Shown here piece by piece: positions 39,745 to 54,400 of a stretch of 64,000 nucleotides of DNA. Below the pieces are notes generated by a model. It was not told the DNA's origin. It did no database searches and was given only the letters and a program-made list of their open reading frames with translations. The position numbers and the translations under genes were made by a program. This DNA is from Tubulanus polymorphus (taxonomy: Eukaryota; Animalia; Nemertea), in the NCBI RefSeq assembly GCF_964204645.1, contig NC_134025.1, positions 26,392,299 to 26,456,298 of the forward strand, given 5' to 3'. Position 1 is the first letter of the stretch. Each line of letters starts with the position of its first letter.

Positions 39745-42700
39745 TCGAATGTATTCGGGACACAAAATATCAATGGTTTATGCGTCTAAGAGATTTGGGA
39801 ATTTGGTTCTATCTTTTGATAAGGTTTGCAAAAATGGTATGTTTTAGTTGATTGAATTTAATACTGGCGATAGGGCTAGTTTGTTGATTCGGTGTATAGA
39901 ATAATATTGACATTGTTGGAGAAATGCTTTCTCCTGTTTCAAGTTCACGTCATTGTGAAACGGATTCATTCAAGTTGACTGTGTTCAACTGATTGTAAAT
40001 GTCTGGGGAGCTATGTTTCTTATCACTCACACACGCAGTGATCCTCACACCGTTTGGGATTGTTTCCTCGATGTATCTATCCACTTGGCCACATCATAAT
40101 GTGGGACTGCAACAATAGCTATCACGCCAGGTGGCGTTGCAAACACTCGGTCTTAAAGAGTAGAAATGAGTTCGTTATCAATCACCTTTTAACAGAATTC
40201 GAGGCTCGCGAATCCATACAGTCACGGGAAAGTTCATTCGATTTCATTCGATGATTGATTTTGATTGAACTTCGATTTCAACCGGAATGTACAAGAAATT
40301 GAAAGCGCAAGACCGAGTAACTACTAGCGAACCTAGCGGATCCCCGCTTGCCATAAGTGGAATCCTCGATTGATACTAAAACGTTGGAGGTTCATCATTG
40401 GACAGAGTAAAATCCACGTATCGGATATCAAACTGCGGCCAGTTTCCACCTGAGGTCATTTCAATTGAAATGTTTTTCACTTAATTACAAACAGTATTTC
40501 TTAAGGATTTCTGATCTCGCTGTTCTGTGAGTTGAATCCGTCGTAAACTCTACATTAAATGAAATCTTCTACATCTCTAATCCAATAAGACTTTCACGAA
40601 GCTGCCGTGATGGGAATAGTCATTTCCAAGAATGCATAACTCTGTGCAGTGCAATGCCGAGTAAACATTTTCTAAAGGGCCTAAAAACAGATTAAATTGA
40701 CTTAGACGGGAAAATGAAATTACGCAAATTTACAGAGTTTCTAAATCACGAGATTTCATATCTGTGACAGAATTTCACTTCGAACCGCGCGATCACGCAC
40801 AAAATGTTGATCAGCCATACATTCTTGGACATCTTCATAATTGTCATAAACGGCTTTTCGCATATGAAATTATTGTTTGTCCGAGGCTGAGAAGATTTAT
40901 AGAAAGTAATATCCTTGTCTATTCATATAGTAGTCGATAATGTCTGGTGAGGTGTAATTCCTAAGGAGATTGTGGGTAGTTTGTGTGAAGTGCAGAAGCA
41001 CTGCTCACGAAGGTGCATGGTGCCCCATGAGTATTTGAATTGTTTATTGCCATAATAACGCGGTTACCAGCAACGGATATTAATACCAGGCCCATCGTCC
41101 GATAAGAGACGGATGATTTTATATTTGACCACCAAAAAAACCCTGATCGTGATATTTTACACAAGCCGTGAAATTGATATTTTAGCACTTTTCCGGTAAA
41201 TATGCATTTACAAAGATTTTCGGGATTTAATCAGCGGAGGAGATCTATGAATATGTATGGCTTCGTGTCGGTGTATCTATATTTGTGTATCTCTCAACAT
41301 GTTTATTCCGTCAGTTAGCTTGATTATCGCATACGATGCAACCTTCGCGTTTCGCGGTCTGGGAACTTCAGCCGCCAGAAGAATCAGTCGGCTATGCATC
41401 CGGGATTACAGAGCTTGCCATGCTATTTGCATTTCGGCGAATGTCTTAAAGCTAAATATGACACGAATTGACATTCGGTAATGATATAACTCGTTTAATG
41501 TTTTTTTTCATACGATCGTTCAAAGCGGTATGCCTTTTGGTCGAATTAGACTGTTGTTTATGTAATCTTCAGGGCGAAAGATGACGCTTCAATGTATAAA
41601 CTGCCTATATAAGCTAGATTTCGTTTCGATGTCACTCAGTCACAACGGACTTATACCCGGTCGTATCTGTAGAGAATGATCGGTTCATTCTCTTGTTATT
41701 ATCGGTAATGGATAGTTTTCAACTAACATGATTCCCCGTTGTACCAGACTCCGGTGTCAAAGCATCTTAATCTGAGTTGTGAATAATAGCGCACTAAATC
41801 CAGATTGCGCTAACCATTCATAGATCATCGTGTAGAAGCCAGCCATCTCGCTGTGTAAATTTGAAAAGTTGTGTCTTTACGAGAATCGAACCAGTCGCAT
41901 GGGTCAAGCCAGACTGCTTGCTGTGATTTACCAAGAATTCATTGTTAGCTTCGTTACTAGTTAGTCTCCGGTGCCAAAAGAGAAACAGTACATCAAGAGC
42001 AACGATGACAGTGATACTGTTGCTTGATTAGATGTGGAACATCTTTTACATGTCAAGTTGTCAGGGAGACACCGTAGTCCATGAAAATCAGCGTTTCACA
42101 GTTTGTGGTAAACCCATCTCATCATCTACATCTGGAGATGGTCATGCACCTGATGGTAATTGAGTTGTATAATGACCAACTGGTGAGAGCCTACAGCCAC
42201 ATCATACGTGCCCATGGATTTGCATTATTAACATAGCTTTCCGAGATTTGCAACCTTAAGAAACGTTGCTAATTCATCACGAAACGTGGTTATTGCGGAC
42301 ACAAGATACACGACTGTGGTCGTTTAAAAACCGTCTGCATTAAAATGACAGTTCCTCTTGGTAGTTTTGTCTAGTGATGTAATAATGATGATCCCCTTTC
42401 GTGGATTATCTCTGTTTAACCAGATATCGCTGATGGAATTTGAATTTTGCCGATGATGGCAATTTTTTTCGACGGTATGACGATCATTAGGTCGTTTAAA
42501 CTTTGAGACGTCCTGTGTCAAACTGATTGATTATATAGTGGCAAGTCTACTACGTATGGTAGCACTGACACAGCTGACTGGCTGTTCGCTACCGACATGA
42601 GGTAAACACAACATCAGGAATCCTTCTTTTACTACCAGTACCAACCGTGCTAGCTAACAGGATTTATAGGATTATGCGTGAATAAGAACGGACGTTTTTC

Positions 42701-45700
42701 TGTGGTGAATTTATTCACATTTTAGTCACAATAAACAACAGTTTCCGTTTTATTGTCTCCGGAAATAGTCTCAAATTTTTCTTGTTTGTTCATCTCGTTG
42801 AATTTACGCGACCCGTCTGAATTTCATCGTGTCGCTGATTATGTGAAATCGAAGAGTGACATGTTCTCGGATTCGGAATCGTCGCGACACGAAAGGAAAT
42901 TCTAAGAATTGTGCAAATGGTTCGTGGAAGGATATTTCAAGATTATTTGTTTTAATGTGTGATATCATGACTTCCCGTTTTCCATTCGCAAACATGGGAA
43001 TGCGAGAGCAGCGAACCCGAACTGGATCTCTTCCCGTATCCCCGGCTCATACCCGAAGAAAATGCGTTGTCCATTTAGACGGTTGTAGATATACAATAGG
43101 TTCGTAAAAACTATTCATTTGGCTTTTTGATCGAAAACTAATCATTTAAGGTTTTTGTTTAAGATTTTATATGTGTTTTTATTCTCAATGGTGTGGCTTG
43201 ATCACGGAGCGTTGTGTGAGTTGACTGCAATTTTAGCTCTTAATACGCGTGCTTCTAATAGAGGCCCTCGAGTCTTTCGCTGGCATTTGTTTGAAGTAAA
43301 GCCTCATTAAATGCTAAAGGTTTAAGTTTTAATATGATGGTTGGCGAACTGGTAATTACAAAAAAGAAGCGATTTTACTCGACTGAGATACACTTATATT
43401 CATAAAGTGTATAGAAATTTCAATAACTATGTAGCCCTTGTGTATAGTGTCGATTTTCTTTCAAATAATGTCGTTTACCAAACGACATAAACCGAGCGTA
43501 GACGTCATTGATGTTCTAAAGATCATTGGTTATATGAGTACCATCTGTATAGACAAAATCTATATAATCCTGAAATGTGTTCAAATGATTGTATTATCTC
43601 GGACAGCTGTTGCTTATACTACACGAATTATCATCCCGATCCCTTTCCGTAAATAATTCATCTACACTTCAGAATTTTTATCTTTATATACATTTCAAGT
43701 CGTTAGCCACAGTAAGGACGTGTGCTGTTATGACAAGCTGATGCATTTTGTAGTTAATGCTGTTCGAACTACGTTTTCAATATATTCGAACGCTGAAAAA
43801 CATCATATTCGAGAGAGATTAATTCAGTTTTCATTCTGGTCACATGAAATTTTGGCTGTGTTGTATATCATTAGGTTTTAACCGCACCTGGTAAAGTGTA
43901 TAGTCGATATAGAATTCATAATAAACAAAAAAAGGATCATTCGATTTCATCGACTCCCTCGTGTTAAGGTACTAACATGATATTACTAGATCTAAGATGA
44001 AAACAGCTGCTGATTTTAATACAAAATCTGTTACTTACCATATTGTTATTCAAATTAATGATCACATGTTGAGATCATTCATCCGAAGTGAGATAAAACC
44101 TAATCTCAACTTTTAGTATGAGTGAAGTATTAGATCGATCGAAATTTTCGAAGGTTTCTTTAATCGGAGCTGTTTAAAGAACTGTTAGGGGAACCCTTGT
44201 GAATGTTTCTTGCGTACCCAGTTCTTTCGTAAAAAAGTCTTAGGGAGTGAAATTCAACTGTAAAAATTAAAATTAAAATCGAAAAATTTATAACGAAACT
44301 GTAGAGCACGAAGTATGATGATTCGTCAATCTACTGGGTTATACAACATCAACTATGACATTCAACCTTAAGTTCATCCCGTATGTTTAACAGTGGATCA
44401 TGCGTACTAATTACAAATTTTAAATTAGGGATCAGACATATATATAGGAAATAGCTTATCTGATTAGAAATTGCTTATCTGTTACCAATTCTTATGAAAT
44501 CTAATTACTACGTATGTAAACGTATGTAATATTATGTCGCGCGATCTCAGTTTGCGCGAATCTTCCATTTTTGGTTTTTGTCAATTGACGACAAACGTCG
44601 CTATAACACAGGAGGTAACCAATGATACAGAGAAAATTCTATTACGAGAAATCAGCTATGCCACGGCATAAAGGGTCTGTAAATTGTATTTCCAGCCGAC
44701 GAAATCTTATCCGGTGTTGAATTTGTGCCGACCAAGCAAGCTTGATCTGCATGTAATTCAATTTCAAAAATCACCGTTGATCTGATTTATGAGGGACGTC
44801 GCAGCGGCGACGGAAAAGTGTGAAAGAATGAAAGAATATTGGTCGCTTGGCAATAAGTTGCGTCACGCGAACGTCTGTCGTGTAGAATACAGACAGCATG
44901 TAATTTTTGGCCAATTGTCGTGTAAATGAAGTGATGTATTCTGTGATTCTGTTCGTGCATTTCCCTGCTATATTGATTATCATCTGCATTCGTAATAATC
45001 AACGTAAATATGTGATATTCCCGCAACAGGTGTTTTGGTGTTGTAACGTTTAAATAGCCTACCTATACCTGATTTGAATCGTGAATCGCGCAGATCGCTC
45101 CGAGATTGGGTATCCTCAATCGGCTTGAAGTGAAGTTGTTTTTATCTATTTCCTTTAAACAGAATCTCTCGCACACAGGTGACGCTTACGCGATGTTTTT
45201 CCACCGAGAGCGTAGCTTCGCGTCTAGATTTTACTGACAACTTTCACAGCGATTTTTGGTTACCGCTATTTCTGCGATAATGTAAAAAGAAATCTTGCTT
45301 CGGTGGTAATTTTTTCATCTCTTCATAATTGTCTTTACTTCTTCGTAATGACACCAATAACACAAAGAGTTACACATATCGAGAAACCGGTCAAAGGCTA
45401 TGAAATGTTTCCTTTTTATTCGGTGAAGTCTACAAATACACGCATCAACAACTAATAGAGGATATTTTCTTCGCATCTTGCTACAATGTAAGCCGTGATG
45501 GAAGTAAATGTTTTATTCTGTATGAATAATACAACAAGTAACTCATCTTGATTGTCTCGGATGAGGTTACATTGCGAGGTGACTTTGCTTGAGGGGCCAC
45601 TGAATATTTTAGGCTTCGTGGCATGTAATCGAGCAATAGTCTGGAGATTTAATGGTTGACAGCATGTGTAATGTTTGCCGTAAATTAGTTCCGAAAGGAG

Positions 45701-47228
45701 ACAGCTAATAATGTTGTAGCACACGCATTGAGCTGACATTATCCGGGCTGTATCTCATAGTTTTAAGTCTTTTAACCTGAGGCGTTTTAACGATGTCATT
45801 CACGCTGTCTATTTATCGCTCCTTCTCCCAGTCACTGCTGCTTTAAGAGCATTTAGCAGTTTCAATTCAATATCACTTTTCTTGTTTACCGAAGAAAGCT
45901 TTTTGATTCTGTGTTGTCTTGAAAGTGTCGCTAAAACGATTATCAGCCTCCTGAGCAATTTTAAGCCATTTTCAGATTTGATGTTTTAGAGGAAATGTAT
46001 AATGGCCATGTCTATGTGCCAATTTCACCATGGTGCATTTGATGTGATGTATTCCACACCGTATTTGAGTGATGATAAATCACAGATAAACTGCTCCATC
46101 GGCTGACCAGACTACGGATGGTTACATTAAGTGATTCGCCACTGGCTTTTGCAGAGGATAAATGAAAGCTTCATGAGAGTCGCTTGTGGACATAGTGCAA
46201 TGTTTGGTCTTGGTTCCGGCCTCATAAACAGTGGGCCGGACTATCATAATGAAGGAATATTGGCAGTTTTGCTGAAGTGCACAATAACGCGTTTATTGCT
46301 GTACCAATGGTACCGGTTTTATTTTCCTGTCAAATGACGGGGGATTTTAATGATGAATCGATGTGCAAACTGCATTAATTTTTTTACGATTACATTCATT
46401 CATTTTTTTTCATTGACATTCATTCATTGTAATGATTTTAGAAGAATTAATGCGACATTGAGTCAACAAGGCGACAATGTAAATGAAACAGCTGATTTAA
46501 CTGAAATAAGCTATCCTGTACGAGGTCGTATATGGGTAGTGATCAAACAATATATCAATCGAGCTGAAGATACCCGGCACCGCTATATGAGCTTAATTTC
46601 CGCCGGACAAGGAACTGACCACCTTAGCATTTTTAACTAGAATTGAATATTTTGAAATGATACTGGAACTATGGGCCCTGTCTCATTTAAGGAAGATTTG
46701 TGTGTTAGATGCGACGCTCTTTATTAACATCACTGCGAGCATTGCGAGTCTAACTTGTTGCAGGCATTTCGAACTCAAGAAATGCGAATCGTTTCGCTCG
46801 CTTCGATGTAAATTAACTTGATTTAGGAGCAGAGGAACTTGCTACCTAATGAAGAAGGGATTTTCATTAATCTCGCTACTCAAGTTTATATCCCTAACAT
46901 TACACTATGATAGAAGCGCATAGAACGAGCACGCTGAGTGTTTTCGAGTATTTCTAAGCAATGAAATAACTTATTTAGTTTTTTCGTTTGTCACCTAATG
47001 AATATAAATCAATCAGTGAGACCCATTACAGATACAGAGTTGACGGAATATTCCACTCGATTTACTGTGATTTCATGCTAGTTGTGCCAGTTTTATGGGC
47101 CAATCAAGCATGTGTAAGAGGGGTCATCTTAACCAAAGACAACATGTTGCCACCACCGATGGGGACATTTTGCCGATGAAAGGATGTCAGCATGGAGTTG
47201 ATGTGACAGCAAAGGACTTGTGCAAACG

Positions 47229-47242
47229 GTTTCTATGGAAAC
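47229..47242. promoter_or_regulatory. RFX X-box-like element
   Basis: GTTTCTATGGAAAC, near-palindromic. Confidence 0.4.
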
Positions 47243-48117
47243 AGAACTGGTAATGATTGTACTGATGGAGGATTAGAGGAATGATGTCATACTTAATGTC
47301 ATGCATTTATAGTATTTAAGTTAAACATTCAACACATATGCAATGATATGTCCGAGTTGGGGGTGGTCATTTGCCAGTGGTTGTGCCTGATCCAAGCAAA
47401 TTTACCCACAATAGTTGTGTATCCACTCTGGAATATTCTAATGAAATGATGGCTATTAAAGTAACAATGCTGATGAGTGGTTTACCCACATATGTCATGC
47501 AAATGGCATCTCCAGTTTTTAGCCAATTTCTGACCAAAACTATATATCATAATAGTGGTGGATATGTTTCTATTTTGATATTTCGGCTGTCACCTGCGTC
47601 AAAACAATAATATATGAAATATCTCAAATGGAAAACTGATTATCATCATGAAAACCACGAAAATCTTGACTAGAAAAAATATAGAATATATTCATAGGCG
47701 TGTTAAATGATGTAGAAAATTGATTTAAATTGAAGTCGTTTTCCGAATGCTGGACACTGAGCACTGTAATGTGTTATTATGGACTTATGGATTCATATTC
47801 CAATATTTATGGCCTTCAGGGATAAGTTATCGCAGGAGAGCTCTTATTGATGATTGGACAAACACTTGAATATTCCGACGATGAAGCAACTTGTGTCATC
47901 TAAAACCGTCATTTCATGCAGTTCGTATATCAACCATATACGTTATTATCTCATTTCTGAAAATCTACGATACATGCATCCATCATTCGCTCTGGGGAAA
48001 AAGTTAAATGTTTTGTAAGTTAGTCGAGTCGGTTTTATCCAGGCGGTATTGGAGACCAGGTTTTCCCTAATACTGCATAAACAGACATAGTCCTATAGTG
48101 CTGATATGATTAGACCC

Positions 48118-48165
48118 TCTTTCTTGACTTAGAGTATAAAATCTTTCTTGACTTAGAGAATAAAA
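48118..48165. repeat. 24-bp tandem duplication
   Basis: TCTTTCTTGACTTAGAG(T/A)ATAAAA twice. Confidence 0.9.
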
Positions 48166-49246
48166 TTAGATTCTATATACAGCCCTTCCAAACGGGCCTA
48201 ATTCAGCGTTATTCTGACATGACGACCCATTATCCCAGCTTTTGTTTTGGCCCCGATATTACCCTGATTAGAGGCCACTTTCAAGTATTGAGTATTATTT
48301 ACTCCTATGACATTTTAGACGTTTCTCGCTCGATCATTAATATCCTTGGCAATATTTTATGGGTGATGATCACTGTTTGCTCTAGTTACACAATCTTCTC
48401 CGGCTGCAGGCTACAGGACGATAGGTACTAATGCTGTTTCCGTGTTTGACAGTAAGTCAACACATACTAACTCCAAATCCATCATTTCTCTGTTGACAGA
48501 GATATTATATGTCTGTTCAGATTTCGTGGGCGTTAAAAAGGTCAAACGGGTTTATCTAGACGCTTAATTAGACTTAAGTTAAGACATTAAGACATGAAGT
48601 ACTTTTCTGCTTGAGGCGAAATATAATAGTTATGAAAGGAAGTTTCAATGTCGTTAAATCTGCTTTGAGAACTTAAAGAAGTAGAAAGTTTAATGTATAG
48701 AACTCCCGAAGCTGGTAAGATCATATCCATCCGTAGAATATAGAACGGTTCTGTCGTATCATATTTTCTCTTTCACCTGTTCAGGCGGAAAATCATCTCA
48801 GTTTGTCAAATCAGTTTCATTCACATCAACTAGTGACGTTCTTCGAGCTTTCGATGTCTGATTCTTTCAAACTCTAGAGCCGCACGATTGAATTCGATGT
48901 CAAAATGGTTTTTAATTCGAACTAGCCGCTGAGGAATTGTCTGACAGACGTGTTATTGAATGCCGTTGTGAGATGTAGAGTAGTTTGTAGTTTAGCGACT
49001 GATGTAGAGATGGCGGTATTATCAACGGAGCTTTGAATTGTTCTTGCAGATTGCTTCAGGTTCCGACGACGAACATGATAGAAAATTCCCATTAAATGCT
49101 GGTGCTTCCTGTAGAAATTAAAAACTGGTCACTATATAATATGGGTGATACGACTCAATATGCAATTTATATATTTGGGCTGTAAAATTGTTTGCTAATT
49201 ACTAACTTCAAGTGCTTCATTTGTATTTTTGTTTTCTCTTCTTCAG

Positions 49247-49274
49247 CTTTGACAGATAAAGCCTCATCCCGTGG
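49247..49274 (+). CDS. Candidate 28-nt microexon, (A)LTDKASSR(G)
   Basis: TACTAAC branch point at 49200-49206, long pyrimidine tract and CAG acceptor. It is open only when entered in phase 1. Donor GG|GTATAT; TGCATG 16 nt downstream. Confidence 0.45.
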
Positions 49275-51239
49275 GTATATTTTTATTCATGCATGCTTCT
49301 ATAGCACTTTGTAACAGTAAAGTAGCCCCTGCACTAATATCCGAATAATCAACGAAAAGTACATCTATTCGCCCTCTCGATTTAAATGTATCCCGAAAGA
49401 AAGCTTTTCTTACAACCTTCTAGATATTGTCAGTATAACATATAGTTTAGAGCTGAAACCAACCAACGAATCGTAAAAACAAACTTAGGTGGAACAACAC
49501 ACGCGCTATCGAAACAACATCAGAACCAGTGGGGATATTCAACCTCGGCTTCATTATATGACTGTGTGTAATGTGCTTTTATTAAAAGCTTTTCAGCAGC
49601 AAATTATGCAGATTATTCGCTTATGGTATACATGTTCATATTCAATCTCTGTTTGATTTCAAAATTACTGATAATGATAACCAGTTAATCTAGTTGGAGT
49701 ACTGTTTCGTAATCCCAGTGGTACTGAGTTTCTGCATTAGTTTGTTGATTGAATGGCTGTGAATTTAGGTACGAACAAATTCGAGCAGATCATTACAAAT
49801 ATCAGTCGATGAATAAATCATTAGTTGCTCATGTATTTCGGATACTTCGTTTAATGAGAAATTATAATTGGAACCATTGATTTCTAGCTAGTCTGGAGGT
49901 AGATCTTCATAGTATAGTTTGAAGTACAATTCACATTACATTATTGATTAGTTTTTACGCTTAGTCTCTTCATTTTCGTGCAATTTCAAGATGGCTAACA
50001 GGCAGCTGTATTGGCCCGCGGGTTTCAATTTGTCGTTCACTTCATTATTAGTTTCGGCGGTCGTGCCCATCATCTAACATTAATCATTATCAAAACATGT
50101 CTCAGCTAAAGTTAAACGAGAAAATGTAGACTACTACAATGGCGTCTTTATTACAGTAGCAATGATCATTTTTAGAAGTACAGTGATTACATTTTTATGG
50201 CAATGTTCTGAGATACGTCCTGGGAGTAATTACTCAATTTTCTCATCTCCGATGATGATACAACGAGATGCATCGAACGTAGTTTCATACTGAACCATCG
50301 TCACTGGTTAATCTGTCTCGGTGTGCCATTAGCAACTCGGAAGGTATCAAGATGATTCACCTCTTGAGTTTTCTATAAACGGTTGTTATTTTCCGTTTAT
50401 TTTGCAATAATGATCACTTCTTTCCGTCGGATTTGTGTTCATTTGGATATTCCGCAAAGTTTTATGAGCGCCATTATCAGGCTCTGCGACATTTACAATC
50501 TCGTGCAGCCAGATCTAACCGGCACGGAAAACAACAGTGTATCTATTCACTGTGGTCTTTACAGCACGCTTTATGTGGATCCCATGTCTTCGCTTTGATG
50601 TCATTGAGAAATCGGTGACATAAATGAATATGACAATGAGTTCAGTGAGTTGGTCAGCAGAATTAGTTGTCTCAGGGAGCGTGGTTGACGTATCTGATTA
50701 CGAACGATCTCTAGAAAAATGCTACCTTCAATTGCACCTTACCAATAGTGATTAATATTGGCGCACCATAACCTATTGTGCTACAAAGCTTTCACAGGAA
50801 ATTAGACAATCTTTGATGAGGCCGATGATGTCAATACCTTTTAGCGATGACCGTACTTGGAGAGCAAGAATAGAAAGCCAACTACATTGCCATTGTTTCA
50901 GTGGATTCAAAGAGTGGATTACTGCACGCGTGTGTCTCTGTGGAGTTCTGTACACACAGGTTGTTCAGTAGTTGTTACTGGAATATACTGAGCGATTAAA
51001 TTCAGACACTTTCGTCACCCCTTTTATCCCATGGTTTTTTCTAACACTACAAGTTCACTTTTGCAGCAGGTGCTGCCATAGTGTTCAGAAAAGGGTAGGG
51101 AGCATATAGATGTGTGACAGGTGGATTGCTTTTGCGAGGAAATGTTTGGGGAAAAGTGCTGTAAACAGTTGTAGAAACAAAGATCTACTCAAATGTCCAT
51201 CGCTCGCACGTGGAATTATATTATGGATATGATATACCG

Positions 51240-51411
51240 ATGTCTACAAATATTATGGATAAAACCCCTGCAAAAAAGGAAGCAACTAAACACGAACCTG
51301 TTGAATCAATGATACTGCCAGCAGACGTCAAGCCGAAGATTTACAAATCGAAAAGCAAAGGTCATTACGTAGCTATTTTTCAAACCGAAAAAGGGACAAG
51401 AAGAGTTACAG
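51240..51411 (+). CDS. Probable further alternative first coding exon of the PDE1-like gene, MSTNIMDKTPAKKEATKHEPVESMILPADVKPKIYKSKSKGHYVAIFQTEKGTRRVT
   Basis: 57 open codons of natural composition ending at donor CAG|GTAATC in phase 1, the same phase as the other N-terminal exons. PKIY...KGHYVAI resembles my uncertain recollection of an invertebrate PDE1 isoform N-terminus. Confidence 0.6.
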
Positions 51412-54400
51412 GTAATCATCATATCACGGTATAATATAACTCCAGATTCGTTGTGGTTCATCGATCTCGGTTATCATTAAGTGTGCGTGATTTGAGCACA
51501 GGGGCTCGTATTTGAAGTTTGAGGGTGAACTGTTGCTTGGATGAAATTAAATCAAAATTTACTACGGATTATTTGGAGACAAAAACTTAAAAAATGCTTA
51601 ATATTATTTCCCTTGTGAAATTTGCTTTTGAATACGTTAAAACATCCATTGACTTAAATGAACGTATCAATTCTATGAGCGGTAATGTCATACAGAACGA
51701 CTTTTAGTCTAGATTTGGTTTTAGATTAAACGTATCGAATTCACTGTTTATCTGATAGTTAAGAATAAAACCTGTATGCCAGAACTAATGACATTCAGAA
51801 ATAAGTTATTTCTCATATATATTTTGTGTACTGAATCTTTCTAGTCAGAGATTGATCCAGATAATGGATGAGCTGCAGATAGGCAATCAATGAAAGCAGT
51901 ACTGTTCATGCAGTAGCCTTCACAGATTAATCTCATCATAACCGCGATAGATTCTACCATAATGAATTCAATTATACAAAGGCTTATAATCTTGGGTTTC
52001 ACCCGCTTCGGTCAAAAGAGTGCCTCGTTCCCTTCCTGATTTTGTGCTACATATCAGTGCAGAATGGGAATTAACTTTGAAAAATGTTTCGGTTGGAAAA
52101 ATATTTTAGAATAGGAGAATGCAGGTTTAATTTCGCTTACATAGTTTTTTTTTAGAATGGTGTTTGATACATTGACAGATTCCTTTTTCTATAACTTAAC
52201 GATCAAATTTGGTACGCTGATAGAAATTCAATTGTCACTGCTTGGCGTGAAGTGAATGTCAAATATCTAAGTATTTGCACTCTACAGTGAAGGGCAATTA
52301 TACGGTGCAACTTACTTTGCAAATGGGATAAAAACCATTGTAACACCAAATCGAACTACATACTACATGGAGGTATATACTTATTGCCGAGATTGTGAAT
52401 AGAATCTTATGTTCACTTTAGCTGTAATAAACAATTCGACGGTTACCAACTTACGATGTACGAAGCGCCAAAAATAAAGTCGCACGTTTGTGTGGGCTGG
52501 TGCAATAAATTTCATTAGAAACAAATACAATTCGGTACGTTATACAGTCATTGTAAGTAATTTGTAACAGCGCAATGCATCGCATTGAAAAAAAAACAGC
52601 GCGGTACTATGCGTTTGTTGAATGAATAATTCATCGACTTATTTTCACCAATACACACAAATAATAATTTAAACACTACATTTTATATAGAACGTGATGA
52701 AGTATTATGAATATGTATTACCACATACATAAGGAATGTGTTTTAGTTTTAAGAATAGATATAGTCTGATGAAATATACTACTACTTTCACTACGGTATA
52801 TTCGCCCATCTTTGGTGAGGATTGAGAATGATATTGATATTTGTGTATGAGACGTATGTAGTGTATCTGACTATATTACATTACCATATTATCATCCGTA
52901 ATTTGTTATTGTTATTTAATTCGTAAATAAAGAATAATAATAATCATAATAAAATATCTGATGTAGTAAGATGCCCCAATCGTCCGTGCAACATTAACGA
53001 TTCAAACCTTTAAAGCTAACAATAGCTCTTTGTTGACTTCTTCAGAATATGTTTGGGATTAGATCGACACCACTGATGTCGATGTTTTGTAGATACTCTT
53101 CATTTGATATAACCTATGCGTGCGTGTGGTGTGTGTGTGTGTATCACATGAAATTGAGTTTGAGTTGAGATATCGGCACTTGCAGTGCAAATCAATTTGA
53201 TCAGAATTTGAAGCATTGCGATCATACGCGTGCTGAAATTGGTTTCCAAAGTAGTCATATATATTTGTCAATAGTTCGCATACGGGTTCTGTGCGCAGCT
53301 TCGATAGGTCATAATTTGCGTTGCTGGTATTAAAGATTGCAGATTATTCGAGAAATTTCATTACTTGCCCCGCGCATTGCACTCGCGGTGAACTTAACGT
53401 ATAAACATTATCAGTTGACTACTGGCAAAATATGACTGAAGTTATTGAGCCTAAAATTCGTTGATATCAGATAAATGTCTTATTAATTTTTAACATAACA
53501 AAAGGTAATAAACGCACCTTCAAAGGTATTGAATAACATTACTTCGATCGTGGATGCAATATGTATATACTCTATGGCGTTTATACACTAATAGGATTTA
53601 TCATCTATTATCATCATCTGGAATTGTTGACTAATTGGTTTGTGTAAGACGACGTAAGAACTATTTGAATTTCTAGATGAATAGCCTCAGAAGAATAGTG
53701 TACAGAATGTAGTTTGATATTTATGATTAATGCGCGAATGATATGAATAACGTTAGACTATTTGAATAAGTCTGAAACCACAGATCGCTGTCTTATCTTC
53801 TCCATCAGATGAGCTACCTCTTTGAAACTGCGTATATATGTTGATAGTATCGAGCAATCTACGACGGAACAGTCTGCGTTCATCAGTTCGAATCATCGGG
53901 CGTGATTTTCAAATAAAACGCTGTTTACTGATTTCGGCAGTCACGTGCTGCTGCTCATTACCAAGGAAAATGGGCCAGACAATAAGTAACAAAAAATAAC
54001 AAATTTTCTTCGTTCCGCTCCTTGGGCATTATGAATTCATGTTAACCGATGTAATATGAGGCTATGTGGGGCAATTGACTTTCTTCGCCATTCTGATTGG
54101 ATATAGATCACCCCTTATTTCTGGTCATGTAAGCATCGCAATTTTCTCAGGATGACTGAAAGCTAAGAACTCATTTTCATCTGATATGCATGGACATCTT
54201 TACATCTCTCGTAACTGTCTGCTACGTGTTTCGTCTCATGTACAAACGAACTGATATATCTACTTACGTCCTAATGCAGCGCGAAGGACTGATGTAATAA
54301 ATGTATATGCTTTATAAAAATGATATGAAACCATCTGTTTGATAAAAAAAAACCTTACAATGAGAGAGACATATTCACACATGAGATATCATTCATCTGC

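Noticed and set aside
48785-49130. Exon-like acceptors at ~48784 and ~49049
   Set aside because: Phase-1 reading hits a stop before any credible donor.
53808-53830. Acceptor followed by DELP, like the PDE1C segment ADELP
   Set aside because: There is an in-frame TGA two codons later; coincidence.
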